Shown piece after piece: positions 1 to 9,094 of a stretch of 64,000 bases of DNA. Each line of letters begins with the position of its first letter. Within the stretch, counting starts at the first letter, position 1. The translations under genes were made by a program, and so were the position numbers. This stretch comes from an uncultured Gammaproteobacteria bacterium (GTDB lineage Bacteria; Patescibacteriota; Microgenomatia; Levybacterales; UBA12049), in the NCBI GenBank assembly GCA_964635045.1, contig CAZWMJ010000004.1, forward strand, positions 2,205-66,204, in the 5' to 3' direction. Below the pieces are notes generated by a model. That model had not been told where the DNA came from. It did no database searches and saw only the letters and a list, made by a program, of their open reading frames with translations.

Positions 1-2
1 AT

Positions 3-587
3 GTGGGAGTAAGCGTTGGCACTATTTTCTCCATCTACCATAACGGCGGAGAGTTTTTGCAGCCGGGCATTAAACAGGTGGCTTCGGGCTATATTCTTTA
101 TGGCACCAGTATAATGTTTGTGTTAAGTCATGGAAATGGAGTTAACGGCTTTACTCTGGATCCGGCCATAGGCAGTTTCCTGCTTTCACATCCAAATATA
201 AAAATTCCCCAAAAAGGCAATATCTATTCTGTCAATGAATCCCAGTCTCCGCTCTGGGATAAAAAATTATATCAATATATTAAGAAGCTTAAAGAAAACG
301 GCGCCTATAAACTTCGTTATGTCGGTTCTATGGTAGCCGATGTTCACCGAACCCTTTTGAAAGGAGGAATTTTTCTTTATCCCGAAAATCAAAAAAATCC
401 GCAAGGGAAACTGCGCCTCATGTATGAAGTAAATCCGTTGTCGTTTATCGTTCAACAAGCGGGAGGAAAAGCGGCAAGCGGCTCAAAAAATCCATTGGAT
501 ATAATACCCGAAAGCCTGCATCAGCGAGTGCCCATCGTTCTTGGCAGTCCCGATGATGTAGACTACTATCTCTCCCAAACCCACTAA
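3..587 (+). CDS. fbp: fructose-1,6-bisphosphatase class 1, C-terminal part (5' end lies outside the window)
   Basis: The ORF is open to the window edge. Motifs GYILYGTSIMFVL, KLRYVGSMVADVHRTLLKGGIFLYP and GKLRLMYEVNPLSFIVQQAGG match class-1 FBPase by eye. Confidence 0.85.
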   Translation: MGVSVGTIFSIYHNGGEFLQPGIKQVASGYILYGTSIMFVLSHGNGVNGFTLDPAIGSFLLSHPNIKIPQKGNIYSVNESQSPLWDKKLYQYIKKLKENGAYKLRYVGSMVADVHRTLLKGGIFLYPENQKNPQGKLRLMYEVNPLSFIVQQAGGKAASGSKNPLDIIPESLHQRVPIVLGSPDDVDYYLSQTH

Positions 588-598
588 CAAAAATACTT

Positions 599-1036
599 TT
601 ACTCTTCCTTTTCCAAATTAGAATAGAGATTCCAGAAGTCGTAGATTAGGCAACCGGAGATTAAAAGTACGGCAAGTATTGAAAAAGGAAACATAAGTTT
701 GGGTACCGCCATTACTCCTAACAGAGTTGAAAAAGAAATAGCAAAACAAATAATAGTTAAAAAGATGAAAGTAGCTAAATCAGCTAAAATTCTATGATTA
801 GAAGATTTTAAATTCGTTTCCGAATAGGAAAAGGCAAAATATCCAAACATTGCTCCCAGAGGAAAAATGCTTAAAAACACAAAAATATTAACTATGTCTT
901 TTTCAAGCCCCTGAGTATAAGGTTTTACCCAAAGAGCAAGAACTACTGTTAAAAATACCACCGTAAGATTCTTTAAAATATTTTGCTTTATTATCCAAAG
1001 CCGCATGTCTTTACTTACTTTCATATTATTTTGCAT
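599..1036 (-). CDS. small polytopic membrane protein, unknown function
   Basis: 145-aa ORF with 3-4 hydrophobic helices. It overlaps the stop of the upstream transporter gene by 11 nt, which suggests an operon. Confidence 0.55.
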   Translation of the reverse strand: MQNNMKVSKDMRLWIIKQNILKNLTVVFLTVVLALWVKPYTQGLEKDIVNIFVFLSIFPLGAMFGYFAFSYSETNLKSSNHRILADLATFIFLTIICFAISFSTLLGVMAVPKLMFPFSILAVLLISGCLIYDFWNLYSNLEKEE

Positions 1037-2489
1037 TTGCTAGATTTTTATTAGCTTTAAAAATATAAATGTAAACAATTAATGCAAGTAAAGGAGAGAG
1101 TATTGTTCCTAAACCATCTAAGGAAGGGTCTATAAAATTATTTTGGATGTACAAAGGATTTGGGAGACCAAAAAGTGTTGGAGTAAGGATGGCAAAAATT
1201 ATTCTTGAAACTCCCCCAACAATTATTGCGTAAAGGGCGGCTTGCGCATCATTATATTTGGTGAAAGCGAAAACAAAAGGAACAAGAAGGGCGGCAAATG
1301 TAATATCAAAAGCTATTGAAAGAAGGGCGCCGGGCGATGGCATAAGAATTGCAAAAATCATGGCGGCAAAAGCGATTGGCAGAAGAGACAGTCTTAGAAA
1401 ATATAAGGCTGTTTTTTCCGCTTCCTCTGGTTCCTTTGTATTAGTTTCCGGTTTAATTTGAAGAATATTTCTGGTTAAAATGTTTCCCATGCTTAACATT
1501 CCTCCGTCTACTGTTGACATAGCTGAATTGACTAAGCCTGCGATAAGAACGGCGGCAATTGAAGGTGGTAGAATTTTTGTGGCAAAAGTTATTAGGACAG
1601 GGGTATCAGAAACCACCGAAATATTTAATTGCAGGATATAAAATATAAGAAGTGAAAAAGGAATTCCTAAAATAAGACTAAGAAAACCCCCTAGATAACA
1701 ACCTCTCACTGCGTCTTTTGGAGATTTGGCAGAAAAAATTCTTGAACCGAAATCTATGGCAATTAGATTGCCAAAACCCAATGCTATAATTGTCGCCCAG
1801 TTTATTAAAGCTCCGTCTGTTATTGAAGACAATTGACTTAAGCTAAATTTTTGAAGAGCAATCTGCGAAAGAGAAAAATCAATTAACCCGTAATTCGCTA
1901 TAAGAAAAACAAAGGTCAAAATTATTCCCGCGGTCAAAACTCCCATTTGAAAAAGATCGGAATAAATATCTGATATAATTCCGCCTCTTATAATATAAAG
2001 CAGAATAACCAGTACTATTATTATTACCGCTGTTTCGTATTTTATGGAGAAAAAAAATTTTAATAAAATCCCAACCGTGGCAATGTTCCCTGCCAGCAAA
2101 ACGCCAAATCCAAAAAGCAAAATTATGGAAACTATAAAGGCAATTTTTTGATTATATTTTTTTTCAAAAAGATCAGCCATTGTTGTAAGCTTAAGACTGT
2201 TCAGATGGCCGGCAAAAAACTTTCCCAGGATAAAAAGAGATATTGCAAGTCCAATTGGCAAAGAAGCGCCCGCCCAGAAACCAAAATCAAAAGATAAAGA
2301 AGTATTTCCTAAAGTAGCATTGCCATCTATGCTCTGGGCAAGAAGAGCAAAACCAACCAGAAAAAAGGGCAGACTTCGTCCGGCAACAATAAAGTTTTCG
2401 GTTTTCCCTTTTATACGGTTACCGCCGATTAAGCCCAAAATAATGGCGATGATAAAAGATAGAATAATACCAAGCCCAATCAAGCTCAT
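1026..2489 (-). CDS. sodium:solute symporter (SSS) family transporter
   Basis: 487 aa with about 12-13 TM helices. The N-terminal pattern GRSLPFFLVGFALLAQSIDGNATLG is typical of SSS family permeases. Confidence 0.7.
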   Translation of the reverse strand: MSLIGLGIILSFIIAIILGLIGGNRIKGKTENFIVAGRSLPFFLVGFALLAQSIDGNATLGNTSLSFDFGFWAGASLPIGLAISLFILGKFFAGHLNSLKLTTMADLFEKKYNQKIAFIVSIILLFGFGVLLAGNIATVGILLKFFFSIKYETAVIIIVLVILLYIIRGGIISDIYSDLFQMGVLTAGIILTFVFLIANYGLIDFSLSQIALQKFSLSQLSSITDGALINWATIIALGFGNLIAIDFGSRIFSAKSPKDAVRGCYLGGFLSLILGIPFSLLIFYILQLNISVVSDTPVLITFATKILPPSIAAVLIAGLVNSAMSTVDGGMLSMGNILTRNILQIKPETNTKEPEEAEKTALYFLRLSLLPIAFAAMIFAILMPSPGALLSIAFDITFAALLVPFVFAFTKYNDAQAALYAIIVGGVSRIIFAILTPTLFGLPNPLYIQNNFIDPSLDGLGTILSPLLALIVYIYIFKANKNLANAK

Positions 2490-2550
2490 AATTGTAAATT
2501 ACTTCTCCCCTATTTTATTCATTCTCCCCGTCAATTGCAAATTACGCAAA

Positions 2551-5202
2551 TTATTTTTTGGAGAAGTTGATAAAAATTTCATCGTCCGACAAGAGATATT
2601 GCGACAGAGATACTATCCCCTCTTTTTTGATAATCTCGGGCGAGTTGGAAACAATATTATATGATAAAGGGTAGGACAGGGAAAAAGTAAACGGGTAGCT
2701 ATCTGTTCCCGGCTGCTTAAAAAGCTTAAGATTATAGGAGAAAGAAGAAATATCGGAAGTGATGGTTTTGGGTAAAATGTAGGATATGTTGATGGTCTTA
2801 AGCGTATCCGGCGGAATAATAATCAAAAGCCCATAGATGGTCTTTCCATTCTCTTCCGTTTGCTCCACCTCCAGTTCTTTCGGCGGAGTAAAATTTCTGT
2901 CTTCATAAATAAGAGGGTCGGTGACGGCCGGGGCCAAAGGTTGACTTTTGCCATCAATTATTACTTCGGAAAGTGTGGCCGAAAGAGGGAGAATAAGCCG
3001 CAGGTAATTTTTATAATCTCCTCCAAAGGCAGATGTTTTGGTACTGGTATTTTTATAATAAATAGTGAGAGTGGCCGAGGCGCTCCCCTCTTTATCAAGA
3101 CTTACCTTATAATTCACTTTTCGCTTTACTAAATAATTTACCTTGTTTACTCCCAGATTGGCTTCGCTGACTCCAATAAAATCGTTTATGGAAGAGTTGT
3201 TTGTCTCTCTGTCGTCCCACAAAGTTGAAGACATACCGTTGACGGTAAATAAATTTTGCAAACTTGCATCGGAAAAAGCAAAAAGCAGATGTTTCTCTAA
3301 AATGGCATCGCCAATTGTTTCTAGCAGGGCAAAATAGGGTATCTTTTTCCTTTCTTGAATATTTAACTGCATGGCATTAAAAAGAGAGCGGAGGAATTGC
3401 TTTTTCTGCGACGAACCCGGAAAAAAATCTTTTTCGGCATGCGCTTCGGCAAGCAGAAACAAATTATCCGCATTTACCGTTTCGTTGTAATCCAAAACTT
3501 TAATCGGGCCTAATACCGCCAGCAGTTTTTGCACAAAAGTAAGATCCACTCCAATCACGCCATCTACAATTTTTCCGGTTTCTTGATTCAGTAAAAAAGC
3601 GGAAGCAGAGGCGCTTTTGACAAAATCCACATCAAAATTACTGTCGCGAAGATACCAATGAACTTGAGGCAAATAACGTCTGATGGCAAAAGGCGGCTCC
3701 ACATGTCCCTTAAGCTGTCCATCCGCATCATAAACATCATGGATTAGAAAATCTGTTATTTTCCCCTTGTCCGCAGTCAAGAGTCCATACGAACCGATAA
3801 ATCCTCCGCCTGGCCTAAGCTCGGTGTTGTTTTGAAAAAGAATAAGGTAGTTGCGCGCGCTATCAAATCCCAAAAGCTTTGGAGAAACATCCATCACGCT
3901 TTCAATTAAATTTACGGGGATAGAAAAATTAGTTATGTCTCCTTCTGTTTGTATTTTTTGGAGAATGGAAAACGCATTTTTTACATTATTTAAGCCTCGC
4001 ATATAATCCTCTTTTGGCTTGCTGCTTTTACCCGAAAAAACATCTCTAAAATCCAAGATACCGTCCAGTGAATACCCTGCCGCTCTGGCCACTTCCCCAC
4101 CCATGTCAATGCGTCGCACAAGGGGGACAATAACATCGCTCTTGCCAAAAAATCCAAACTCCGAAGTCAAAATGGCCGATGTTTGTTTTGACAAATTAAA
4201 AAAATTTTGGGAAAGAGTAAGCGCCGATCTTAAACCTGCTAAATCTCCCCTCTCCATATTATCTTTTGCGCTGTTAAACGTTATTAATCCTGCCAGCGAG
4301 AATACCAGCGTTAGAATAATAGGAAAAAGCACGCTTACAAAAAGGGCGTAGGCAATAAAAAGAAAACTTTGTTTAACAAAATTATTATTTTCCCCTCCCT
4401 CTTGTTTTTGTTTTTTAAGATTATGGACAATCGGACCGGTCCAGTCGGATGTAAAGACCTGTCTAAGTTTTCTTGCCAATTGATAATCATCGCCCAATAT
4501 GTATTCCCCTTCCTTGGGTAAAACAAAATCCATTACTTCCCGTCCGTCTTCATAATTAAAATCAATTTTTAGCGTCGGCTCAATTTTTTGCAGCATGTGA
4601 GCTATTCTAAGTCCTGTTGGAGGATGTTTGGGAAAGGCAAAAAAGATGGAAAAGTTTTTAAGTCTGGTAAATGCCGCCTTTATCAGCGCCTCTATGAGAT
4701 CATCGATAAAAACCGGAAAGGTCGGATAAACACCCATGTTGGAAAGTGAGATTTTACCCGCCTTTTTAGCCTGCGCCAGAATAATATTCGCGTTTGATGT
4801 TTGATCGAATGAATAATCTTCCCCAAGTATTTCCCCAAAAATAACAAGACTGATATTTTTATAAGAGGATGCCAAGTCGCTGGCAAAAGAAACATCGTAG
4901 TCTTTAAGGGCAAGTCCGATAATTAATCTGGCGCCGTCTTTTTTGGCCTTCTGAACAAAAAGAGGCAGAAATTCCGATATTACATTCTTTTCATGACTGA
5001 TAAAAAAGATGGTTGAATAGACAAGATCGGGAATGGCGGGAATTTTTTTTCCCAGCTGAAAAAAAAACACCTGCCAGTCGGAAAAATCTTTGGTAATTTT
5101 CTCATTCAGTTTCTCTCCGATAAATTCACCCTTGTCAACAATTAATATTTTCTCTTGACTGCCATTCTTCTTTTCTATAACTTCCAGCATTGGTTTTTTC
5201 AT
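2551..5202 (-). CDS. DUF4012-type large membrane-anchored protein
   Basis: 883 aa with a central TM segment (FLFIAYALFVSVLFPIILTLVF). The block ELRPGGGFIGSYGLLTADKGKITDFLIHDVYDADGQLKGHVEPP is characteristic of DUF4012 proteins common in CPR and Actinobacteria. Confidence 0.7.
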   Translation of the reverse strand: MKKPMLEVIEKKNGSQEKILIVDKGEFIGEKLNEKITKDFSDWQVFFFQLGKKIPAIPDLVYSTIFFISHEKNVISEFLPLFVQKAKKDGARLIIGLALKDYDVSFASDLASSYKNISLVIFGEILGEDYSFDQTSNANIILAQAKKAGKISLSNMGVYPTFPVFIDDLIEALIKAAFTRLKNFSIFFAFPKHPPTGLRIAHMLQKIEPTLKIDFNYEDGREVMDFVLPKEGEYILGDDYQLARKLRQVFTSDWTGPIVHNLKKQKQEGGENNNFVKQSFLFIAYALFVSVLFPIILTLVFSLAGLITFNSAKDNMERGDLAGLRSALTLSQNFFNLSKQTSAILTSEFGFFGKSDVIVPLVRRIDMGGEVARAAGYSLDGILDFRDVFSGKSSKPKEDYMRGLNNVKNAFSILQKIQTEGDITNFSIPVNLIESVMDVSPKLLGFDSARNYLILFQNNTELRPGGGFIGSYGLLTADKGKITDFLIHDVYDADGQLKGHVEPPFAIRRYLPQVHWYLRDSNFDVDFVKSASASAFLLNQETGKIVDGVIGVDLTFVQKLLAVLGPIKVLDYNETVNADNLFLLAEAHAEKDFFPGSSQKKQFLRSLFNAMQLNIQERKKIPYFALLETIGDAILEKHLLFAFSDASLQNLFTVNGMSSTLWDDRETNNSSINDFIGVSEANLGVNKVNYLVKRKVNYKVSLDKEGSASATLTIYYKNTSTKTSAFGGDYKNYLRLILPLSATLSEVIIDGKSQPLAPAVTDPLIYEDRNFTPPKELEVEQTEENGKTIYGLLIIIPPDTLKTINISYILPKTITSDISSFSYNLKLFKQPGTDSYPFTFSLSYPLSYNIVSNSPEIIKKEGIVSLSQYLLSDDEIFINFSKK

Positions 5203-5270
5203 GTCTAACTCATTTTATTGTACCATGAATGAAGAGCCTCCGAGAAGATTTTTACTGCACCATGTAGAAT

Positions 5271-5717
5271 TTACATTTCATTATCCAGCGCTTGGTTAAC
5301 CAGTTTATCGGCCTGTTGGTTTTTTTCTCTGGGAATATGATGATAATGAATAGGCAGTGAAACTTGCGCTTCTTCTTGCCTAATTTGAAAAATTAACTCC
5401 CGCAGTTTGGCATTTTTAATCTTAAAAAGTCCTGTTAGTTGTGAATATACCAATTGTGAATCAACAAAAAAATTAATGCCGGAATACGCGCTAACTATTT
5501 CTTTATTTTCAACTAGCCAGGAAAGCGCCGCAATCACCGCCTCATACTCCGCCACATTATTGGTGGCAATGCCAATGGCGCGGCCAAAAGAAACCAGTAT
5601 TTTACGGTTTTGATTAACAATGTAAACTCCGATAGCCGAAGGCCCGGGATTGCCGCGCGCTCCGCCGTCGGTAAAAACGCTAATCGTGTTCATAGGTGTG
5701 TTCGGGAAATTTTTCAA
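5271..5717 (-). CDS. rnhA: ribonuclease HI
   Basis: 148 aa. Motifs FTDGGARGNPGPSAIG, NNVAEYEAVIAAL and REKNQQADKLVNQAL carry the RNase H DEDD-type residues. Confidence 0.85.
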   Translation of the reverse strand: MKNFPNTPMNTISVFTDGGARGNPGPSAIGVYIVNQNRKILVSFGRAIGIATNNVAEYEAVIAALSWLVENKEIVSAYSGINFFVDSQLVYSQLTGLFKIKNAKLRELIFQIRQEEAQVSLPIHYHHIPREKNQQADKLVNQALDNEM

Positions 5718-5783
5718 AATAATATAGGCTGTTTTTCTAAATTAGGGACACCGTAATAAGAAAACCAGACTGCTCAAAGAATG

Positions 5784-7100
5784 TCAAGCCCCGCCTTTGG
5801 CGGGGCGCAGACCCGTTTTGTTTTTCTTTATAAACGGTGACCAGGCAAGTCCGAAAACTAATGCCAACAAAAGTTGTCCCTGCTGCAGTGTCAAAAAGTA
5901 ATGATCAAACAAACCAAGAATCAAGATTACAAATAAAATGATGAATTTTTTATCCTTAATCCTTAAGTATGTCTTGACAATAAACCAAACAAAAAGTAAA
6001 AAACCCACCAGTCCGGTTTCTGCCAAGATAAGAAGGTAAATATTGTGCGCCGGCTGAATGGACAAGAATCCTGCCGGATATTTTTGATAACGGGGGAGGT
6101 TTACCAGAAAATTATTTAGGCCGACACCAAAAATCGGCGAGCTCTTAAACATTTCCATTGCCGCGCCGTTCAGTTGCTGGCGAAGAATAACCGGTTCTCT
6201 GTCCGTTGTTGCTATTGACGCAAAACGGGAGGGAAGGGGAGTTAACCAAATACTACCAATAAATACCAATACTACCAATAACCCAATAAATAAAAATCTC
6301 CGCCATTTCATTAGAAACCACACGCCGGCAACTATCAACCATAAAATTATTGCCACCCGGCTTAAGGTCAAAAATAAGGCAATTGTTCCAATAATAAGTG
6401 AAGCCGTAAATATTGCCGGTTTGAGGTTTAAGGTTTGAAGTTTAAGGTTTGAGGTTACCATCGCCATGGCGATGGTTAGGTATCCTGCCAGCACATTGGG
6501 ATGGGGGAAAGTTCCGTATGGGCGAAGCACCAACCGTCCGTCTATATTGGCATTGGCGATGCCGGGCGTTTGAGCAGAAAACATCCGCTCTCCGAAAAAC
6601 CATAAAATGCCGCCAATTGATGATTGAGCCACAAACTGCCAGATACTCAAGGCTGACTCAAAAATAATACCTGCCGTGAGTAAAACTATCAGAACAGAAA
6701 AATCTTTTTTGGTGCGCATATTTTTGGCAACCATAAAACCAAAAAAAATAAACTCTAAAATTTTAATAAGTTTATAAATCCCCGCGATAGGGGAGAGGGA
6801 GAAAATAATACTACCAATACTACCAATAAATACCAATACTACCAATAACAAAATTAGAAATTGGAAATTGTCCGCCAGAGGCGGATCCACCTTTGGAGGA
6901 AAAATTGAAAATTTCCTCAGGGGAAAAATAAAAACAAAAAATAATAAAATAATAAATATATCTGTTAAATACAGGGTGGGGGAGAGGTAATCAACTCTTA
7001 CTCCCAACACGTAGGCAAAGCTTGGCCAGAAATGAAGACCCAGTTGGGTAGGCAAAAAAAGAACAATCAGATAAAACAACAGGGTTCTCAAGCGACTCAT
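5784..7100 (-). CDS. O-antigen ligase / Wzy-like polytopic membrane protein
   Basis: 438 aa with at least 10 TM helices and an external loop with G/P-rich turns, the usual layout of O-antigen ligase family proteins. It carries in-frame repeat insertions (see findings) and overlaps jag by 4 nt. Confidence 0.6.
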   Translation of the reverse strand: MSRLRTLLFYLIVLFLPTQLGLHFWPSFAYVLGVRVDYLSPTLYLTDIFIILLFFVFIFPLRKFSIFPPKVDPPLADNFQFLILLLVVLVFIGSIGSIIFSLSPIAGIYKLIKILEFIFFGFMVAKNMRTKKDFSVLIVLLTAGIIFESALSIWQFVAQSSIGGILWFFGERMFSAQTPGIANANIDGRLVLRPYGTFPHPNVLAGYLTIAMAMVTSNLKLQTLNLKPAIFTASLIIGTIALFLTLSRVAIILWLIVAGVWFLMKWRRFLFIGLLVVLVFIGSIWLTPLPSRFASIATTDREPVILRQQLNGAAMEMFKSSPIFGVGLNNFLVNLPRYQKYPAGFLSIQPAHNIYLLILAETGLVGFLLFVWFIVKTYLRIKDKKFIILFVILILGLFDHYFLTLQQGQLLLALVFGLAWSPFIKKNKTGLRPAKGGA

Positions 7101-7558
7101 TTCAAAGCCTGCGGCTTAATAACCAGAGTTCTATCTCTTCCCTCTCCTATGGATTCCGTCATTACTTCTTTATCCTCCTGCAGAAGAAGATGGACTACGC
7201 GCCTTTCCCATGATCGAAGAAGAGGCAGGGGAATTTCCTTGCGCTCTAAAATTGCCCGTTCTTTTGCCTGAATGGCCAAGGTTTTTAAAAATTCCGTTCT
7301 GTTCTTTTTATAATCTCCTACGTCAATCGACACCCGCACAAACCGACCGATGGAGTTGGAAACACACAAAGAAGAAATAAGACCAAGAGACTCCAGCACC
7401 TCTCCATGATATCCGATGACTATGCCGCTATCTTCGGTGGTAAGTACTACCTCGATGCTGTCTTCCTGAAAACTGCAACTAAAATCGCCGTCGATTCCTA
7501 ACAGACGAATCAGATCCGCCATCGCTTCTTTTGTTTTTTTTTGCTCTTTTTTATTCAT
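7097..7558 (-). CDS. jag: Jag/KhpB-type RNA-binding protein (KH + R3H)
   Basis: 153 aa. It has a KH-like segment (VVLTTEDSGIVIGYHGEVLESLG) and an R3H-like C-terminus (SWERRVVHLLLQE). Its position directly downstream of yidC is the conserved one. Confidence 0.8.
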   Translation of the reverse strand: MNKKEQKKTKEAMADLIRLLGIDGDFSCSFQEDSIEVVLTTEDSGIVIGYHGEVLESLGLISSLCVSNSIGRFVRVSIDVGDYKKNRTEFLKTLAIQAKERAILERKEIPLPLLRSWERRVVHLLLQEDKEVMTESIGEGRDRTLVIKPQALK

Positions 7559-8385
7559 TTTTTGAAACGCTCAATCCAGGGCTTTAATCCTCCCAGTCCC
7601 TGTATTCTATATTGCTGCAGTATACCAAAAATAGTAAAGGTGTTCCAATACAAAGACAGGCCTATGGGCAAACTGTATGAAAAAAATCCTATCATGACCG
7701 GAAATATGTACAGAGACTGTGATTGGAAAGCCGAGGCAAAATCACCCTTCCCTGCCTTGCCGGCAGGCAGGTTTTTTTCAGTATCTTTTCCCTCTCCTAC
7801 CGGTTTTGGAACCAGCATCATTTTTGACTGAATAAATTGCAAAAAAGCGGTAACAAGCGGCAGGAAAACAATCAGGGGCACAACCGAAATAAGATTTGAC
7901 GGGTGCTGGCCCAAGGGCAGACCGAAAAAACTCTGATCCCACGGTTTTGACAATTTGAAACTATCTGTATAAACAATTTTATTGATATAGGCCACTATGG
8001 CATTTTGATTAAGAGAAACGACGTTTTGTAAAACACTATACAGCGCCCAAATTAGAGGAAGCTGAATAATAATAGGCAAACAGCCAGCGGCCGGATTTAC
8101 CCCGTGTTCTTTGTAAAGCTTCATCGTTTCCTGCTGAAGTCTTTTGGCATCGCCCTTGTGTTTTTCTTTTAGTTTTGAGATGTGAGGAGCAACTTTTTGC
8201 ATTTTGGATGACATGTTAAGCTGGGCGGATGTCAGTGGGTATAAAATCAGCCGGATTACCACAGTCAGCCCAATAATGGAAAATCCCAAAGGATAGGGAA
8301 GATGAGCAAATAATAATAATTTATAAATTGCCACCAGAACGTTAATTATGGGAAACACCAAAAAAACATCAAAAGGATTATTCAT
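7555..8385 (-). CDS. yidC: membrane protein insertase YidC (short form)
   Basis: The block MQKVAPHISKLKEKHKGDAKRLQQETMKLYKEHGVNPAAGCLPIIIQLPLIWALY is the conserved YidC/Oxa1 core. Synteny with yidD and rnpA supports the call. Confidence 0.92.
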   Translation of the reverse strand: MNNPFDVFLVFPIINVLVAIYKLLLFAHLPYPLGFSIIGLTVVIRLILYPLTSAQLNMSSKMQKVAPHISKLKEKHKGDAKRLQQETMKLYKEHGVNPAAGCLPIIIQLPLIWALYSVLQNVVSLNQNAIVAYINKIVYTDSFKLSKPWDQSFFGLPLGQHPSNLISVVPLIVFLPLVTAFLQFIQSKMMLVPKPVGEGKDTEKNLPAGKAGKGDFASAFQSQSLYIFPVMIGFFSYSLPIGLSLYWNTFTIFGILQQYRIQGLGGLKPWIERFKK

Positions 8386-8386
8386 A

Positions 8387-8590
8387 TCAACTTAACGGCT
8401 GACACTTTAAAAGTCTAACCAGCGACAGATATCCGCCTTTTACCACTCCCTCTTTGACAATCTGCCGCTTGGCATAGTCAGAACAGGTGGGTGAGAAACG
8501 ACAAAAATTCCTAACTCCTAGAATATTTTTTAGAGTTGGGGAAACAACCGCTTGATAAAAAGCAATAAAGATAAGTAATATTTTTTTCAT
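8387..8590 (-). CDS. yidD: membrane protein insertion efficiency factor YidD
   Basis: 67 aa. Motifs FYQAVVSP and CRFSPTCSDYA are the YidD signature. Confidence 0.9.
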   Translation of the reverse strand: MKKILLIFIAFYQAVVSPTLKNILGVRNFCRFSPTCSDYAKRQIVKEGVVKGGYLSLVRLLKCQPLS

Positions 8591-8916
8591 ATCGCCATTT
8601 TTTCTTTATTAAACATTGTCTTTAATGCTCCGCTAATCTTTTCTAGTTTTTGTTTTGAAACGTCTGTTTTTACGATAAAAAGCATATCATAACCTGTTTT
8701 TATTTCTTTTTCCAAAAGCATCAGGGCAGTGCTAAAAAGTCTTTTTATCCTATTTCTGGCTACAGCGTGTTTATTGATTTTTTTAGAAATAACAAAGCCA
8801 TAACGATTATACAATAATCCATTTTCCCTAAAACGAAGTAAAAAAAGAGGGGTGGCTTGGGCGCCGGTAAATCTTATTCCTAAGTCAACGGGCAAACGGT
8901 ACTTTCTTTTGAACAT
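8587..8916 (-). CDS. rnpA: ribonuclease P protein component
   Basis: 109 aa, basic, with the RNR-like motif AVARNRIKRL. It lies between rpmH and yidD. Confidence 0.88.
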   Translation of the reverse strand: MFKRKYRLPVDLGIRFTGAQATPLFLLRFRENGLLYNRYGFVISKKINKHAVARNRIKRLFSTALMLLEKEIKTGYDMLFIVKTDVSKQKLEKISGALKTMFNKEKMAI

Positions 8917-8924
8917 CTCTTTGA

Positions 8925-9062
8925 CTAAACAGCCAGCTTTTTTCTCCCTCGATCTCTTCTGCGTTTAATTAATTTTTGTCCGTTATGAGTTTTCATTCGG
9001 CCTAAAAAACCGTGTTTTCTTTTTCTCTTTATCTTTTTAATCTTCGCCCTCATCTTTTCCAT
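8925..9062 (-). CDS. rpmH: 50S ribosomal protein L34 (not in the ORF track because it is under 60 aa)
   Basis: Manual translation of the minus strand gives MEKMRAKIKKIKRKRKHGFLGRMKTHNGQKLIKRRRDRGRKKLAV*. The block KRKHGFLxRMxTxxGxxxIxRRRxxGRKKL is the L34 signature. Start 9053 (MRAK) is an alternative. Confidence 0.9.
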   Translation of the reverse strand: MEKMRAKIKKIKRKRKHGFLGRMKTHNGQKLIKRRRDRGRKKLAV

Positions 9063-9094
9063 GAATAAAGTATAGCAGAAAAAACAACACCTGT

